Shown in pieces: positions 44,753 through 54,032 of a stretch of 64,000 bases of DNA (positions are counted from its first letter, which is position 1; the number at the start of each line of letters is the position of its first letter). This stretch comes from Patescibacteria group bacterium (lineage in GTDB: Bacteria > Patescibacteriota > Patescibacteriia > UBA9934): contig JBAZXR010000001.1 in the NCBI GenBank assembly GCA_041659765.1, positions 595,338 to 659,337 on the forward strand, read 5' to 3'. Below the pieces are notes generated by a model that ran no database searches, was not told the origin of the DNA, and saw only the letters and a program-made list of their open reading frames with translations. The translations under genes were made by a program, and so were the position numbers.

Positions 44753-45835
44753 TCAAAAGAGTTTCACGATGTCCTTATATGTAACAAACAATACCAGCAA
44801 GATCAACAGCGCAAAGCCAATGGTGTGGGCGGCTTGTTCGAACTGGAGGCTATTGGGTTTTCGACGAACGGCTTCGACAAAGACAAAGAGGGCGCGACCG
44901 CCGTCTAGGGCTGGAAACGGAATAGCATTTAAGACGGCCAAGTTAACAGACAAGAGCGCGGCAAATTGCACCAAATGCCAGAAGCCTAGGCGTGCCACCT
45001 GACCAGTCAAGGAGGCGATTCCGATCGGACCAGAGAGGTCAGCCGCCACGTTCCGATGTTGGAAGAGACCCGCGATAAGTCCAACAAATGCACCGACTAT
45101 GTCATACGTCATGCCCGCCGTGGTCACCAGTCCCTTAATAGGCGCGACGTAGAAAGGAAAACGCACCGTACCTGTCTCCACAATGGCTACACCAATAATC
45201 GGTCTGCCCGCCTCAGCGTTGAACTCAGGGATGATGTCCGCCTCTTTAGTTCCGCCATCATGTGTAAAAACAACATGTACCGGCGAGCCGTCCGCATGCG
45301 GTACGAGTGCGGCACGAGCCTCTTCGCCGTTAGCGTACGTTTTGCCATCAATAGCCGTGATCTGATCCCCCTCACTTAGTCCAGCTTTGTGCGCGGGGCT
45401 CTCAGAAAGAACCTGCATGACGTTCACGGCGCGGTTTGAAATAATGGCTGATTTATAATCCACGCCCTCAATGATTGAGGGCAGACCAAACATAAAACCC
45501 GCGGTGAATAACACCCAGGCCAACAGAAAGTTCATGATGACGCCCGCGAACAACACGTACAGACGCGCTGGAATACTCTTTTGGGCAAACGCGTCATGTT
45601 CGCCTCTCTTCTCCCCATTCTCACCCTTAATACGCACAAAACCGCCGAGGGGGATAAGGTTCACGCTCCACAGCATGCCGTTTCTGTCTTTCTTCCCAAA
45701 AAGCCTAGGCGGAAAACCAAAACCAAATTCTTCAACACTCATCCCCATCTGCCGCGCCGCAATATAGTGGCCAAGTTCATGCACGAGCACGAGCAAGGAG
45801 AGAACGAGAAGAAAAACAAAGATGGTGAGCAGCAT
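44753..45835 (-). CDS. rseP: site-2 protease RseP (M50 zinc metalloprotease with PDZ domain)
   Basis: HELGHY (HExxH), a PDZ segment and LNAIPFPALDGG (LDG motif). Confidence 0.9.
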   Translation of the reverse strand: MLLTIFVFLLVLSLLVLVHELGHYIAARQMGMSVEEFGFGFPPRLFGKKDRNGMLWSVNLIPLGGFVRIKGENGEKRGEHDAFAQKSIPARLYVLFAGVIMNFLLAWVLFTAGFMFGLPSIIEGVDYKSAIISNRAVNVMQVLSESPAHKAGLSEGDQITAIDGKTYANGEEARAALVPHADGSPVHVVFTHDGGTKEADIIPEFNAEAGRPIIGVAIVETGTVRFPFYVAPIKGLVTTAGMTYDIVGAFVGLIAGLFQHRNVAADLSGPIGIASLTGQVARLGFWHLVQFAALLSVNLAVLNAIPFPALDGGRALFVFVEAVRRKPNSLQFEQAAHTIGFALLILLVLFVTYKDIVKLF

Positions 45836-45853
45836 AATATCGGGGAGATTGTA

Positions 45854-47188
45854 CTACCCCTGGATGATTTTCGCGAGTTCGTCGCGTTTTGCCTCCATCA
45901 GCTCCTTAGAAGTCGCTTCGACGATGAGGCGGAGCAAGGGTTCGGTGTTTGAGGCGCGCAGAATAAACCACCAGTCGCGACCAAATTCGCAACGGATACC
46001 GTCCAGGCGGTTGACGGAGCTCGCCTGCGAGACGTATGCGTCTTCCACACGCTTTGTGGCCGCGACCTTATCATGGACTTCGAAGTTTACTTCCCAGCTG
46101 TTCGAGTATTTGCGAAGAGGGGCGGAGATTTTGCTAAGGGGTTTCTTGGCTTTGGCGATGAGCGACAACATTCGGCAGAAAGCAAAGTCAACAGCCTCCA
46201 GGCCGGCGAATTCGGCAAAAAAGAAGTGACTAGACACTTCCCCGCCGAGCTTTGCGCCTTCGGTTCTCATGCCTTCAACCACGCGCGTGCGGCCGATTTG
46301 TCTCTGTACGCCTTTGCCGCCGTGTTCATTGATAGCGTCGAGTGTAGCCCAGGTGTGATTTGGCTGATAAATGATTGTCGCTCCTGGATTTCTTTCAAGT
46401 TCGTCGGCCGCTAACAGCGCAAGGGTTTCATCCCCGCGGAGCGGGACACCCTTGTTGTCGAGGAACCCGATTCTATCTGCGTCACCGTCGAGCGCTGCCC
46501 CAAAGGCAAAGTCGCCTGAAGCAAGAAGCTTCTCAATCTCGGCCAATGTTTCGCGCTTGTTTGGGTTGGCTTCGTGATTTGGGAATCGGGCGTCGGGCTC
46601 GGCGTAAAGCTCCGTGAGTTCAAGTCCGAGACGCTTGGCGAGCGGCCGGAAGGCAACCGTTCCCATGCCATTGCCGTAGTCCACAGCGATCTTCATGCCC
46701 TTCACGTCCGGGAGATTTGCGTTCTTGATGCAGGCCTCCACGTACTCCTCGACCACGTTGTGATCAGTCACTTTTCCTAGATCGAGCAGTGCGCCATCGT
46801 CCTTTTTGATCTCGTCGAGAATAGCTGGCCCGGAAATCGGCAACCCCGAACCATCTCCAAATTTAATACCGTTGTACTCCGCGGGATTATGAGAAGCAGT
46901 CACCATGAGCCCGGCGTCGACATTCTTGAGACTTGATATGGCAAAATTGAAGACACTCGTAGTCGTTAGACCGATATTGAGTGCATCGGCACCCATGCTT
47001 CTGATGCCTCTGATCGCCTCCGCTTGCAGTGCCTCGCTCGTGCTGCGCATATCACGGCCGACGACGACTGTTTTTGCGCCAGTCTTACGCACAATTGCTC
47101 GACCGGCCAGGTACGCGACCTCTGGCGAGACCTCTTCAAGTAAACCGCGAATGTCATTAGCTTTGAAAATATGTTCCGGAAGTTGCAT
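45854..47188 (-). CDS. phosphoglucosamine/phosphomanno-mutase (alpha-D-phosphohexomutase family)
   Basis: FKANDIRG start, active-site TASHNPAEYNG, metal loop DGDADR. Confidence 0.85.
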   Translation of the reverse strand: MQLPEHIFKANDIRGLLEEVSPEVAYLAGRAIVRKTGAKTVVVGRDMRSTSEALQAEAIRGIRSMGADALNIGLTTTSVFNFAISSLKNVDAGLMVTASHNPAEYNGIKFGDGSGLPISGPAILDEIKKDDGALLDLGKVTDHNVVEEYVEACIKNANLPDVKGMKIAVDYGNGMGTVAFRPLAKRLGLELTELYAEPDARFPNHEANPNKRETLAEIEKLLASGDFAFGAALDGDADRIGFLDNKGVPLRGDETLALLAADELERNPGATIIYQPNHTWATLDAINEHGGKGVQRQIGRTRVVEGMRTEGAKLGGEVSSHFFFAEFAGLEAVDFAFCRMLSLIAKAKKPLSKISAPLRKYSNSWEVNFEVHDKVAATKRVEDAYVSQASSVNRLDGIRCEFGRDWWFILRASNTEPLLRLIVEATSKELMEAKRDELAKIIQG

Positions 47189-47245
47189 AGATGGCTGAAG
47201 AATACTACAGTAATGCTAATACTCTTTAACCGTTGAGGCAAAACT

Positions 47246-47797
47246 ATGATGTTTCTACCAATCATTGTCTTGATCCTAGTGGCTGTCGGTTTCTGGCTGA
47301 TCGGAGTGTACAACGGATTGGTCACACTCAAAACTCGCGTAGAAGAAGCTCTTGGCGATATTGAGGTTCAGCTCAAGCGCCGCTATGACCTCATTCCAAA
47401 CCTGGTAAACACGGTTAAAGGTTACGCGCAGCATGAAGATTCTGTTTTTACGAAAGTCACCGAGGCACGCAGTCACGCTATGCAAGCTTCCACGCCGGCT
47501 CAACACGCGGAGGCCGAGGGCATGCTAACGAACACGCTTAAATCGCTCTTCGCGGTTGCCGAAAGCTACCCAGACCTTAAGGCCAATGACAACTTCCGCC
47601 ATTTGCAATCAGAGCTAGTGGACACCGAAGACAAGATTCAAGCCTCCCGCCGTTTCTACAACGGCCAGGTTCGCGATTTCAACATTCGCCTAGCCGTCTT
47701 CCCAAACAACATGATCGGCAACTCTCTTGGTTTCAAAAAGTACGATTTCTACGATGCACCAGATGAGGCAAATGCAGTGCCTGAGGTGAAATTCTAA
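47246..47797 (+). CDS. lemA: LemA family protein
   Basis: N-terminal TM followed by VQLKRRYDLIPNLVNTVKGYAQHE, the LemA signature. Confidence 0.88.
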   Translation: MMFLPIIVLILVAVGFWLIGVYNGLVTLKTRVEEALGDIEVQLKRRYDLIPNLVNTVKGYAQHEDSVFTKVTEARSHAMQASTPAQHAEAEGMLTNTLKSLFAVAESYPDLKANDNFRHLQSELVDTEDKIQASRRFYNGQVRDFNIRLAVFPNNMIGNSLGFKKYDFYDAPDEANAVPEVKF

Positions 47798-47820
47798 GAC
47801 GACGAAGGAAAGCGAATACA

Positions 47821-47893
47821 GTCATTCTGAGCGTAGCGAAGAATCTGAATGGTCAACCAATCAGATCCTTCGTCGCGGAGCTCCTCAGGATGA
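47821..47893. repeat. Family-A palindromic intergenic element (copy A2)
   Basis: GTCATTCTGAGCGTAGCGAAGAATCTGAATGGTCAACCAATCAGATCCTTCGTCGCGGAGCTCCTCAGGATGAC. The left and right halves are mutually complementary. Confidence 0.8.
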
Positions 47894-48774
47894 CTGAACT
47901 TATGTACTCCCAAATCACCGCCAACAAACGCAAGACCTGGTTATTGATTGCAATTGCCTGCGCGGTGATTGTGGTTTTAAGTGTGGCCTTTGGCGCGGCA
48001 TATAACGTGGACGCGGGGTCGTCTGTTGTCATCGGTACAATCTTTGCGAGTATTTACTCGCTCTTCAGCTATTACTTCTCCGACAAAATTGCGCTCTCGG
48101 TAAACGGAGCAAAACAGATAGAGAAAAAAGATGCGCCGGAGATTTGGAACATTGTGGAGAACCTGTGTATTGCTGACGGCGTCCCGATGCCGAAGATCTA
48201 CATCATGGATGACGCCGCGCCAAATGCGTTTGCCACAGGTCGAGATCCTCAGCATGCATCAATTGCGTTTACAACGGGTCTCCTCTCAATTCTCGATAAA
48301 CAAGAACTGGAAGGCGTGACGAGCCACGAGCTGTCGCACATTAAGAATTATGATCTGCGCGTGATGACCATCGTTGTCGTCCTGGTGGGCGCGATCATGA
48401 TCATGAGTAACATCTTCCTCCATTCTCGATTCAGTGGCGGGGGAAGGAAAAATGACGCGCTCGTTGCTTTTGTGCTCGTCGGTATTGTGCTTTCAATCCT
48501 CTCCCCCATCTTCGCCCAGCTCATTCAGCTCGCCGTATCACGACAGCGGGAATACCTCGCCGACGCGTCTGGAGCGTTACTGACGCGGTTCCCCGAGGGA
48601 CTTGCAAGTGCGCTTGAGAAGATTTCCCGCGCCAACGTACCCATGCAGAATGCGAACAAAGCTACGGCCCACTTGTTCATCGCCAACCCGTTCGGGAACA
48701 AAGTGGCCGGCTGGTTTTCTACGCATCCTCCCGTCGAGGAGAGAATTAAACGATTGAGGGAAATGGGAGGTTAA
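47890..48774 (+). CDS. htpX: protease HtpX (M48)
   Basis: HELSHIKNYD (HExxH), four TM segments, classic lemA-htpX pairing. The start may instead be the ATG at 47902. Confidence 0.88.
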   Translation: MTELMYSQITANKRKTWLLIAIACAVIVVLSVAFGAAYNVDAGSSVVIGTIFASIYSLFSYYFSDKIALSVNGAKQIEKKDAPEIWNIVENLCIADGVPMPKIYIMDDAAPNAFATGRDPQHASIAFTTGLLSILDKQELEGVTSHELSHIKNYDLRVMTIVVVLVGAIMIMSNIFLHSRFSGGGRKNDALVAFVLVGIVLSILSPIFAQLIQLAVSRQREYLADASGALLTRFPEGLASALEKISRANVPMQNANKATAHLFIANPFGNKVAGWFSTHPPVEERIKRLREMGG

Positions 48775-48788
48775 GCCGTCTCCACTCT

Positions 48789-48864
48789 GAGCCTTGCGAA
48801 GAGTCCGACCCTCAGAGGGGAAAGTCGGATCCTTCGCTCTCGCTCAGGATGGGAACCATCGATA
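48789..48864. repeat. Family-B palindromic intergenic element (copy B2)
   Basis: CTCTGAGCCTTGCGAAGAGTCCGACCCTCAGAGGGGAAAGTCGGATCCTTCGCTCTCGCTCAGGATGGGA. About 95% identical to B1 at 7143-7216. Confidence 0.8.
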
Positions 48865-48870
48865 ATCCAT

Positions 48871-51177
48871 ATGTCCGACTTAGTTGATAAATTTTCTCCC
48901 CACTTAAACACCGCGCTCACCCGGGCGTTGACTTTGGTTCTCCAGGAAGGAAGCGAGTCGATTACGCCGGAACATTTGTTTTGGGCAATTGGAACGGAAG
49001 ATTCCTGTCTGGGCGCACAGCTCCTCAAAAAGTCAGGACTCGAGGCGGCTGCTTTTGAAGAACTCACCAAACCGGCCGGCCGTAGCTCAATGACTGACCC
49101 GAAAGCTCCAAAAACTAAACCCTTTCTTTCGGTCGACGCTAAGGCTGCCATGGAGAAGGCAATGCTCGCTGCCAACCTGCACGATCACCCGCTCGTGACA
49201 ACCGAGCATCTTTTATTTGGCATCCTCGCCCTCCGTCCGCTCGCGATCAGCGCCGTGTTCAAAAAAGCTGGTGTTGATGCCGAGAAAATACAGGAAGAAC
49301 TCACTCAAATTTTTAGGGAGACGCGCGCACCAGAACCACAGCCCGCCGAAGTTCGCCCGACCGGCGTGCGCGAAGTTAAGAAAGCGCCCGCTCAGCCGTG
49401 TATAAAGTGTGGACACGTTCACGATGAAGTAGCTGACGCCAACGAGCAATCCGCGCTCGAGTTTTTTAGTACTGAGTTAACGGGTGCCGATCACGTCAAA
49501 AAGATCGATGCCTTAATTGGTCGTAACATGGAGATCGATAGACTCGCGCGCATTCTTACGCGGAAAACAAAAAATAACCCGCTTCTCCTTGGTGCTCCGG
49601 GCGTAGGCAAAACGGCGATCGTCGAGGGTCTCGCCAAGAGAATTGTCGACGGTTCCGCTCCGGCCGGGCTCAAGGGAACAAAAATTTACATGCTCGATAT
49701 GTCCGCCATGCTGGCTGGCACTATGTATCGAGGTGATTTCGAGGAACGCTTGCACGATGTTATCGAGGATCTTAAGGAGGCAAAGAATGCTGTTTTATTT
49801 ATTGACGAAGTCCACACGCTCGTCGGCACTGGTTCTGGATCCGGCGCACTCGACGCGGCGAACATTATGAAGCCGTCCCTGGCCCGTGGCGAGATTCGCG
49901 TCATTGGGGCCACGACGCGCGAGGAGTACAAAAAACACATTGAAGATGACGGCGCGCTAGCGCGCCGTTTCGCCCCCGTTTCGGTTCGTGAACCATCTGC
50001 CGATGAGACCAAATCGATCTTGATCGGCCTGGCCCCCGCCTACGCCAAGCATCACGGTGTGACCTTTGCCAAAGAAGCCTTTGCGACAATTGTCGAAATT
50101 TCTGGCCGTTACTTCCCGCATAAAGCATTTCCAGACAAGGCTATCGACCTACTCGACGAAGTTGGCAGCGCCTGCCGGACAAAGAAACTCGACATCACCA
50201 CAGACGACGTGCGCCGTGTGGCCGCCACCGTAACCGGCGTTCCGCTCGAGAGGCTCGAAGCCAATGATAGTGACAAACTCAAAACGCTCAAATCTCGACT
50301 TGCCGACCGTGTCCTTGCTCAGACAGAAGCCGTCGAAGCCGTAGCATCAAGCATCATCCGCGCCAAACTCGGCTTTCACCGCGCCGAGAAACCGCTCGCC
50401 TCTTTTCTGTTCGTCGGTCCGTCCGGAGTTGGGAAGACAGAAATGGCCAAGGCCGTAGCAGCGGAAGTTTTTGAAGATGAGAAGGCTTTGATCCGGCTCG
50501 ACATGAGTGAATATGCGGAAAGTTTTAGCGCCAGCAAACTCATTGGTTCTCCCCCAGGCTACGTGGGTTACAAAGAGGTCGCTCGATTAACTGATGCGGT
50601 CAAAGCTCGCCCATACTCGGTCGTCTTGTTCGACGAACTTGAAAAAGCACACAAAGACGTTCATCACCTACTTCTCCAAATTCTCGACGAAGGAACCATT
50701 ACTGACGCGACTGGTACGGCCGTTAATTTCAGAAACACCGTCATCATCATGACTTCAAACGCCGGTCGAGAGTTGTTCGAGCGCGGTTCCCTTGGCTTCA
50801 CCGGTAAGGCGATTAAGGAGAAGATCGATATGCGCACGATTCTCGAAGACGAGTTTAAGGCCGAATTTTTGAACCGCATCGATCGCATTTGTTTGTTCGG
50901 TGCGTTAACACCCGCCGACATGGAAAAGATTGCCAAGCGCGAACTAAAAGAACTCGAACTTCGCCTCAAGAACCGTGGAATCTCGCTCAAAGCCGATGCT
51001 GCCGCTCTAACTCAACTCGCGAAGTCCGTGAACCCCAAACTCGGTGCCCGGGATGTCCGCCGCGTCATTGCCGAAGCCATCGAACGACCGCTGGCAGACA
51101 AGGTACTAAATAATCTTGGAAAGAAAGCAAAAAACTATCGAGTCCGCGCCGGTAAGAAAGGGGTAGAGATCGCATAA
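48871..51177 (+). CDS. clpC: Clp/Hsp100 ATPase with two AAA+ modules (ClpC/ClpA-like)
   Basis: Clp-N repeat, NBD1 ([15 protein letters not shown]...VLFIDEVHTLVG), NBD2 (FVGPSGVGKTEMAKA...VVLFDELEKAH...RNTVIIMTSNAG). A short CIKCGH insert lies between the N-domain and NBD1. Confidence 0.85.
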   Translation: MSDLVDKFSPHLNTALTRALTLVLQEGSESITPEHLFWAIGTEDSCLGAQLLKKSGLEAAAFEELTKPAGRSSMTDPKAPKTKPFLSVDAKAAMEKAMLAANLHDHPLVTTEHLLFGILALRPLAISAVFKKAGVDAEKIQEELTQIFRETRAPEPQPAEVRPTGVREVKKAPAQPCIKCGHVHDEVADANEQSALEFFSTELTGADHVKKIDALIGRNMEIDRLARILTRKTKNNPLLLGAPGVGKTAIVEGLAKRIVDGSAPAGLKGTKIYMLDMSAMLAGTMYRGDFEERLHDVIEDLKEAKNAVLFIDEVHTLVGTGSGSGALDAANIMKPSLARGEIRVIGATTREEYKKHIEDDGALARRFAPVSVREPSADETKSILIGLAPAYAKHHGVTFAKEAFATIVEISGRYFPHKAFPDKAIDLLDEVGSACRTKKLDITTDDVRRVAATVTGVPLERLEANDSDKLKTLKSRLADRVLAQTEAVEAVASSIIRAKLGFHRAEKPLASFLFVGPSGVGKTEMAKAVAAEVFEDEKALIRLDMSEYAESFSASKLIGSPPGYVGYKEVARLTDAVKARPYSVVLFDELEKAHKDVHHLLLQILDEGTITDATGTAVNFRNTVIIMTSNAGRELFERGSLGFTGKAIKEKIDMRTILEDEFKAEFLNRIDRICLFGALTPADMEKIAKRELKELELRLKNRGISLKADAAALTQLAKSVNPKLGARDVRRVIAEAIERPLADKVLNNLGKKAKNYRVRAGKKGVEIA

Positions 51178-51197
51178 TTTCTGGTATACTGGCGCAT

Positions 51198-52160
51198 ATG
51201 GCAGCTACTGCCACAGCGCAATTTTCTAATACGCAGACCCAGGCTGCGTCTACTTTGCGTCAAGATAGAACGGCGGCCAAACGAACCCAACCGGGAATGA
51301 TCGGCCGGATGAGTGAACATGCCACCAGAACCATGCGGGCGGCCGTGCTTGGAGCCTCCCTCATGGCTGACAGCGGTTTTTCACGCGGAGCTGAACTCGA
51401 AGATGTAGAAGGAGACAGAATAGAAGAAGCTGGCGGAAACGTAGAGAGCCATACTGCTGGACTCTCTGCTCAAGCAAGATTTGCTGAAGCAGAACAGCGC
51501 CAGCGAACCTTAAACGCGACTCGCCGCGATGTGCTTCCAGAACAACGTTCTGAGGACATGACGCCGGAAAATCAGGCAGCTTCAGCTGAGGCTCAAGAAG
51601 CCATCAGACAAGACAGCTTAATGCGCGATGTAGCTGAACTCGGGCCAACCCGGGCCATGCGTCAACAAGTGGCGGATGAAGCGGCTAAGATGGCAGCTAA
51701 ACTAGCTCAAGATAAGGCTCAAGAATTAATTGCGCGTCTAGCGGTGTTCGCAGCGGATGATGTAGGCGGAGGGCTAGTGGAAGTAACAGAAGGTGCGGCC
51801 CTGGAGACGGATCTCGGCATTGGAACGATAACGGACGTGTCTTACAAATACACTCGGTTTGGCCGCACCATTCTAATCCCCCAAGCCACCAACGTGGGCA
51901 CCACAGCCAGAGACGCTGTTCAGTACACAGCTAATAAAGCTCTTGATCTAGCACTTCCGCCCTACAAATTTATCTTTGGCGGGGCCAACATGGCTGATCT
52001 GGCCGATGACGCAGATCTGGCGTTTACCTTACTCGTAACCGTCCCAGTAATTCTGATCATCGGGCTAACGGCTTTTATTGTCTTCATGATTTTAGCCTAC
52101 GGGTATTATTATTTAGGTTCTCTACTTGATATAAACGCCATCTTATCGCTTTTAACATAG
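51198..52160 (+). CDS. hypothetical tail-anchored protein (C-terminal TM)
   Basis: 320 aa, Ala/Glu-rich, ending in the hydrophobic helix TLLVTVPVILIIGLTAFIVFMILAY. Confidence 0.5.
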   Translation: MAATATAQFSNTQTQAASTLRQDRTAAKRTQPGMIGRMSEHATRTMRAAVLGASLMADSGFSRGAELEDVEGDRIEEAGGNVESHTAGLSAQARFAEAEQRQRTLNATRRDVLPEQRSEDMTPENQAASAEAQEAIRQDSLMRDVAELGPTRAMRQQVADEAAKMAAKLAQDKAQELIARLAVFAADDVGGGLVEVTEGAALETDLGIGTITDVSYKYTRFGRTILIPQATNVGTTARDAVQYTANKALDLALPPYKFIFGGANMADLADDADLAFTLLVTVPVILIIGLTAFIVFMILAYGYYYLGSLLDINAILSLLT

Positions 52161-52161
52161 T

Positions 52162-53388
52162 ATGAACGAGCGTAACCAAATGATCGTCCGGCTAGTTATC
52201 CTAGGCGTAGTGACCCTCGCCCTGGGCGCCGGCATGTATTTCCTCTTTTTCCGCGCCAGACCGAGCGTAGTTCCGGTCACGCCGGGCACCGGAGTCACCA
52301 CGCCAGTAGGCGGCGGCCTGCCAGCTGCCGGCGGGGCTGCGCCGTTTGTTCCTGGCGCGGTTACCCAGCCAACTGGTCCCGGCGGTCTGCCTATTTCACC
52401 CGTGGCGAATGGCGGCCTGACCTCCACCACTACTTTGACGACGAGCGCCGTTAAATCGCCTACCATCACAGCTGCCGGCAAGGTGTCCTACTATGACCCG
52501 GGTGACGGCAAGTTTTATACGATCGATGAGAACGGCAATAACATCGCACTCTCTTCGGCCAAATTTCCAGAAGCCTCAAGCGTGGTCTTCGCCACCGGTG
52601 GCGCCACCGCAGCTATAGAATTTCCAGACGGCAGTAACGTAGTCTATAACTTTGACACCGGGGTCCAGTCTACTTTGCCCTCACACTGGGAAGATTTTTC
52701 CTTCTCTCAAGATGGCGGAACAATCGCCACTAAAAGCGTGGCCACTGATCCTTCCGCGCGGTCACTAGTTATATCATCGGCAGATGGCTCCTCGGCCACG
52801 CCGATTGCCGCGCTTGGCACGAACCAAGACAAAGTCAGCGTCGTGATGTCGCCCGACGGCAGTATTGTCGGCTTCTCAGCTACGGGCTCAGTAGCCACCA
52901 GCACGTTTGGTCAAAATAGCATTTATCTAATCGGCAAAGACGGCAAAGACGCTGGTGTGCTATTTGTTACCGGCTCCAACTTCACGCCAAAATGGTCACC
53001 GGACTCTGCTCATCTAATCTACTCGGTCGCGGATGCTGGTGAAGACTATAAAGCTTCGCTCTGGTACGCAGATAAAGACGGCGATCAGAAAACTGCTACC
53101 CGCAAACAAATTCCGCTCCAAACGCTGGCTACAAAATGCACCTTCGGCTCAAACACTCTGCTGTATTGCGCCGTGCCAACGGTCATGCCCCCGGGCGGTG
53201 GATCTTCAGCCTCCCTCATCACCTCTACGGACAACCTATACAAAGTCGACTTAAGCACATTAAAGGCTACGCTCGTAGCAAAACCGGCCGTTGACACTCA
53301 GATGTCTAACCTGTCCGTCTCCCCCGCCGGTGATCTACTGTTCTTTGCCGATAAATTTGGCCGATTAAATTCTATCCGGCTCAAATAA
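52162..53388 (+). CDS. membrane-anchored TolB-like beta-propeller (PD40-repeat) protein
   Basis: N-terminal TM, Gly/Pro/Thr linker, then repeated ...SPDGS.../...WSPDSAHLIY... propeller blades. Confidence 0.55.
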   Translation: MNERNQMIVRLVILGVVTLALGAGMYFLFFRARPSVVPVTPGTGVTTPVGGGLPAAGGAAPFVPGAVTQPTGPGGLPISPVANGGLTSTTTLTTSAVKSPTITAAGKVSYYDPGDGKFYTIDENGNNIALSSAKFPEASSVVFATGGATAAIEFPDGSNVVYNFDTGVQSTLPSHWEDFSFSQDGGTIATKSVATDPSARSLVISSADGSSATPIAALGTNQDKVSVVMSPDGSIVGFSATGSVATSTFGQNSIYLIGKDGKDAGVLFVTGSNFTPKWSPDSAHLIYSVADAGEDYKASLWYADKDGDQKTATRKQIPLQTLATKCTFGSNTLLYCAVPTVMPPGGGSSASLITSTDNLYKVDLSTLKATLVAKPAVDTQMSNLSVSPAGDLLFFADKFGRLNSIRLK

Positions 53389-53390
53389 CT

Positions 53391-54032
53391 ATGAAGTACT
53401 TCTGGCAATTCTTCGCCGTTATCATTGGACTCAGCGCCGTCATCTTTCTCTTTTTTGTACTGTCCGTAAAAACGAAGGATTCCATCACCTTTACCGGCCA
53501 AAGAATCGTCACCACGCCGGAAATAACTTCAGCTGATCCAAGCCGTGGTCCGGCAAACGCTCCGGTTACGCTTGTCATGTATGAAGATTTTCAGTGCTCA
53601 GCCTGTGCCGAACTCGAACCAGTGCTTAACACGCTCCTAGCAAACTACGGTACCGCTCTCCGCTTAGTCTGGAAGGATCTGCCAAATAACGGAGCGCATC
53701 CGGAAGCTATCCCAGCGGCCGTAGCTGCCCGCTGTGCTGGCAAGCAAAATAAATTCTGGGAATTCCATGATACGCTCATGGCTAACCAGCCCCTCTTGGG
53801 TGACGATCTCTACACCCGGATTGCCGGCGAACTAAAACTAAAAGCCAACGCCTTTAGCCAGTGCGTTAAAAACCAGGACACCCTACCACTAGTCGAGCGC
53901 GGTTATGACGAAGGCTTAGCCCTCCAGATCGCCTCTACGCCAACTATCTTCTTAAACGGCACACGGTACAGTGGGTCACTCTCCCTAAGCGAACTCACCC
54001 GCGCCATTGACGCCCTACTCCCAACCATGTGA
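53391..54032 (+). CDS. DsbA-family thiol:disulfide oxidoreductase, membrane-anchored
   Basis: N-terminal TM and a thioredoxin fold with CSAC (CxxC) in VTLVMYEDFQCSACAELEP. Confidence 0.8.
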   Translation: MKYFWQFFAVIIGLSAVIFLFFVLSVKTKDSITFTGQRIVTTPEITSADPSRGPANAPVTLVMYEDFQCSACAELEPVLNTLLANYGTALRLVWKDLPNNGAHPEAIPAAVAARCAGKQNKFWEFHDTLMANQPLLGDDLYTRIAGELKLKANAFSQCVKNQDTLPLVERGYDEGLALQIASTPTIFLNGTRYSGSLSLSELTRAIDALLPTM

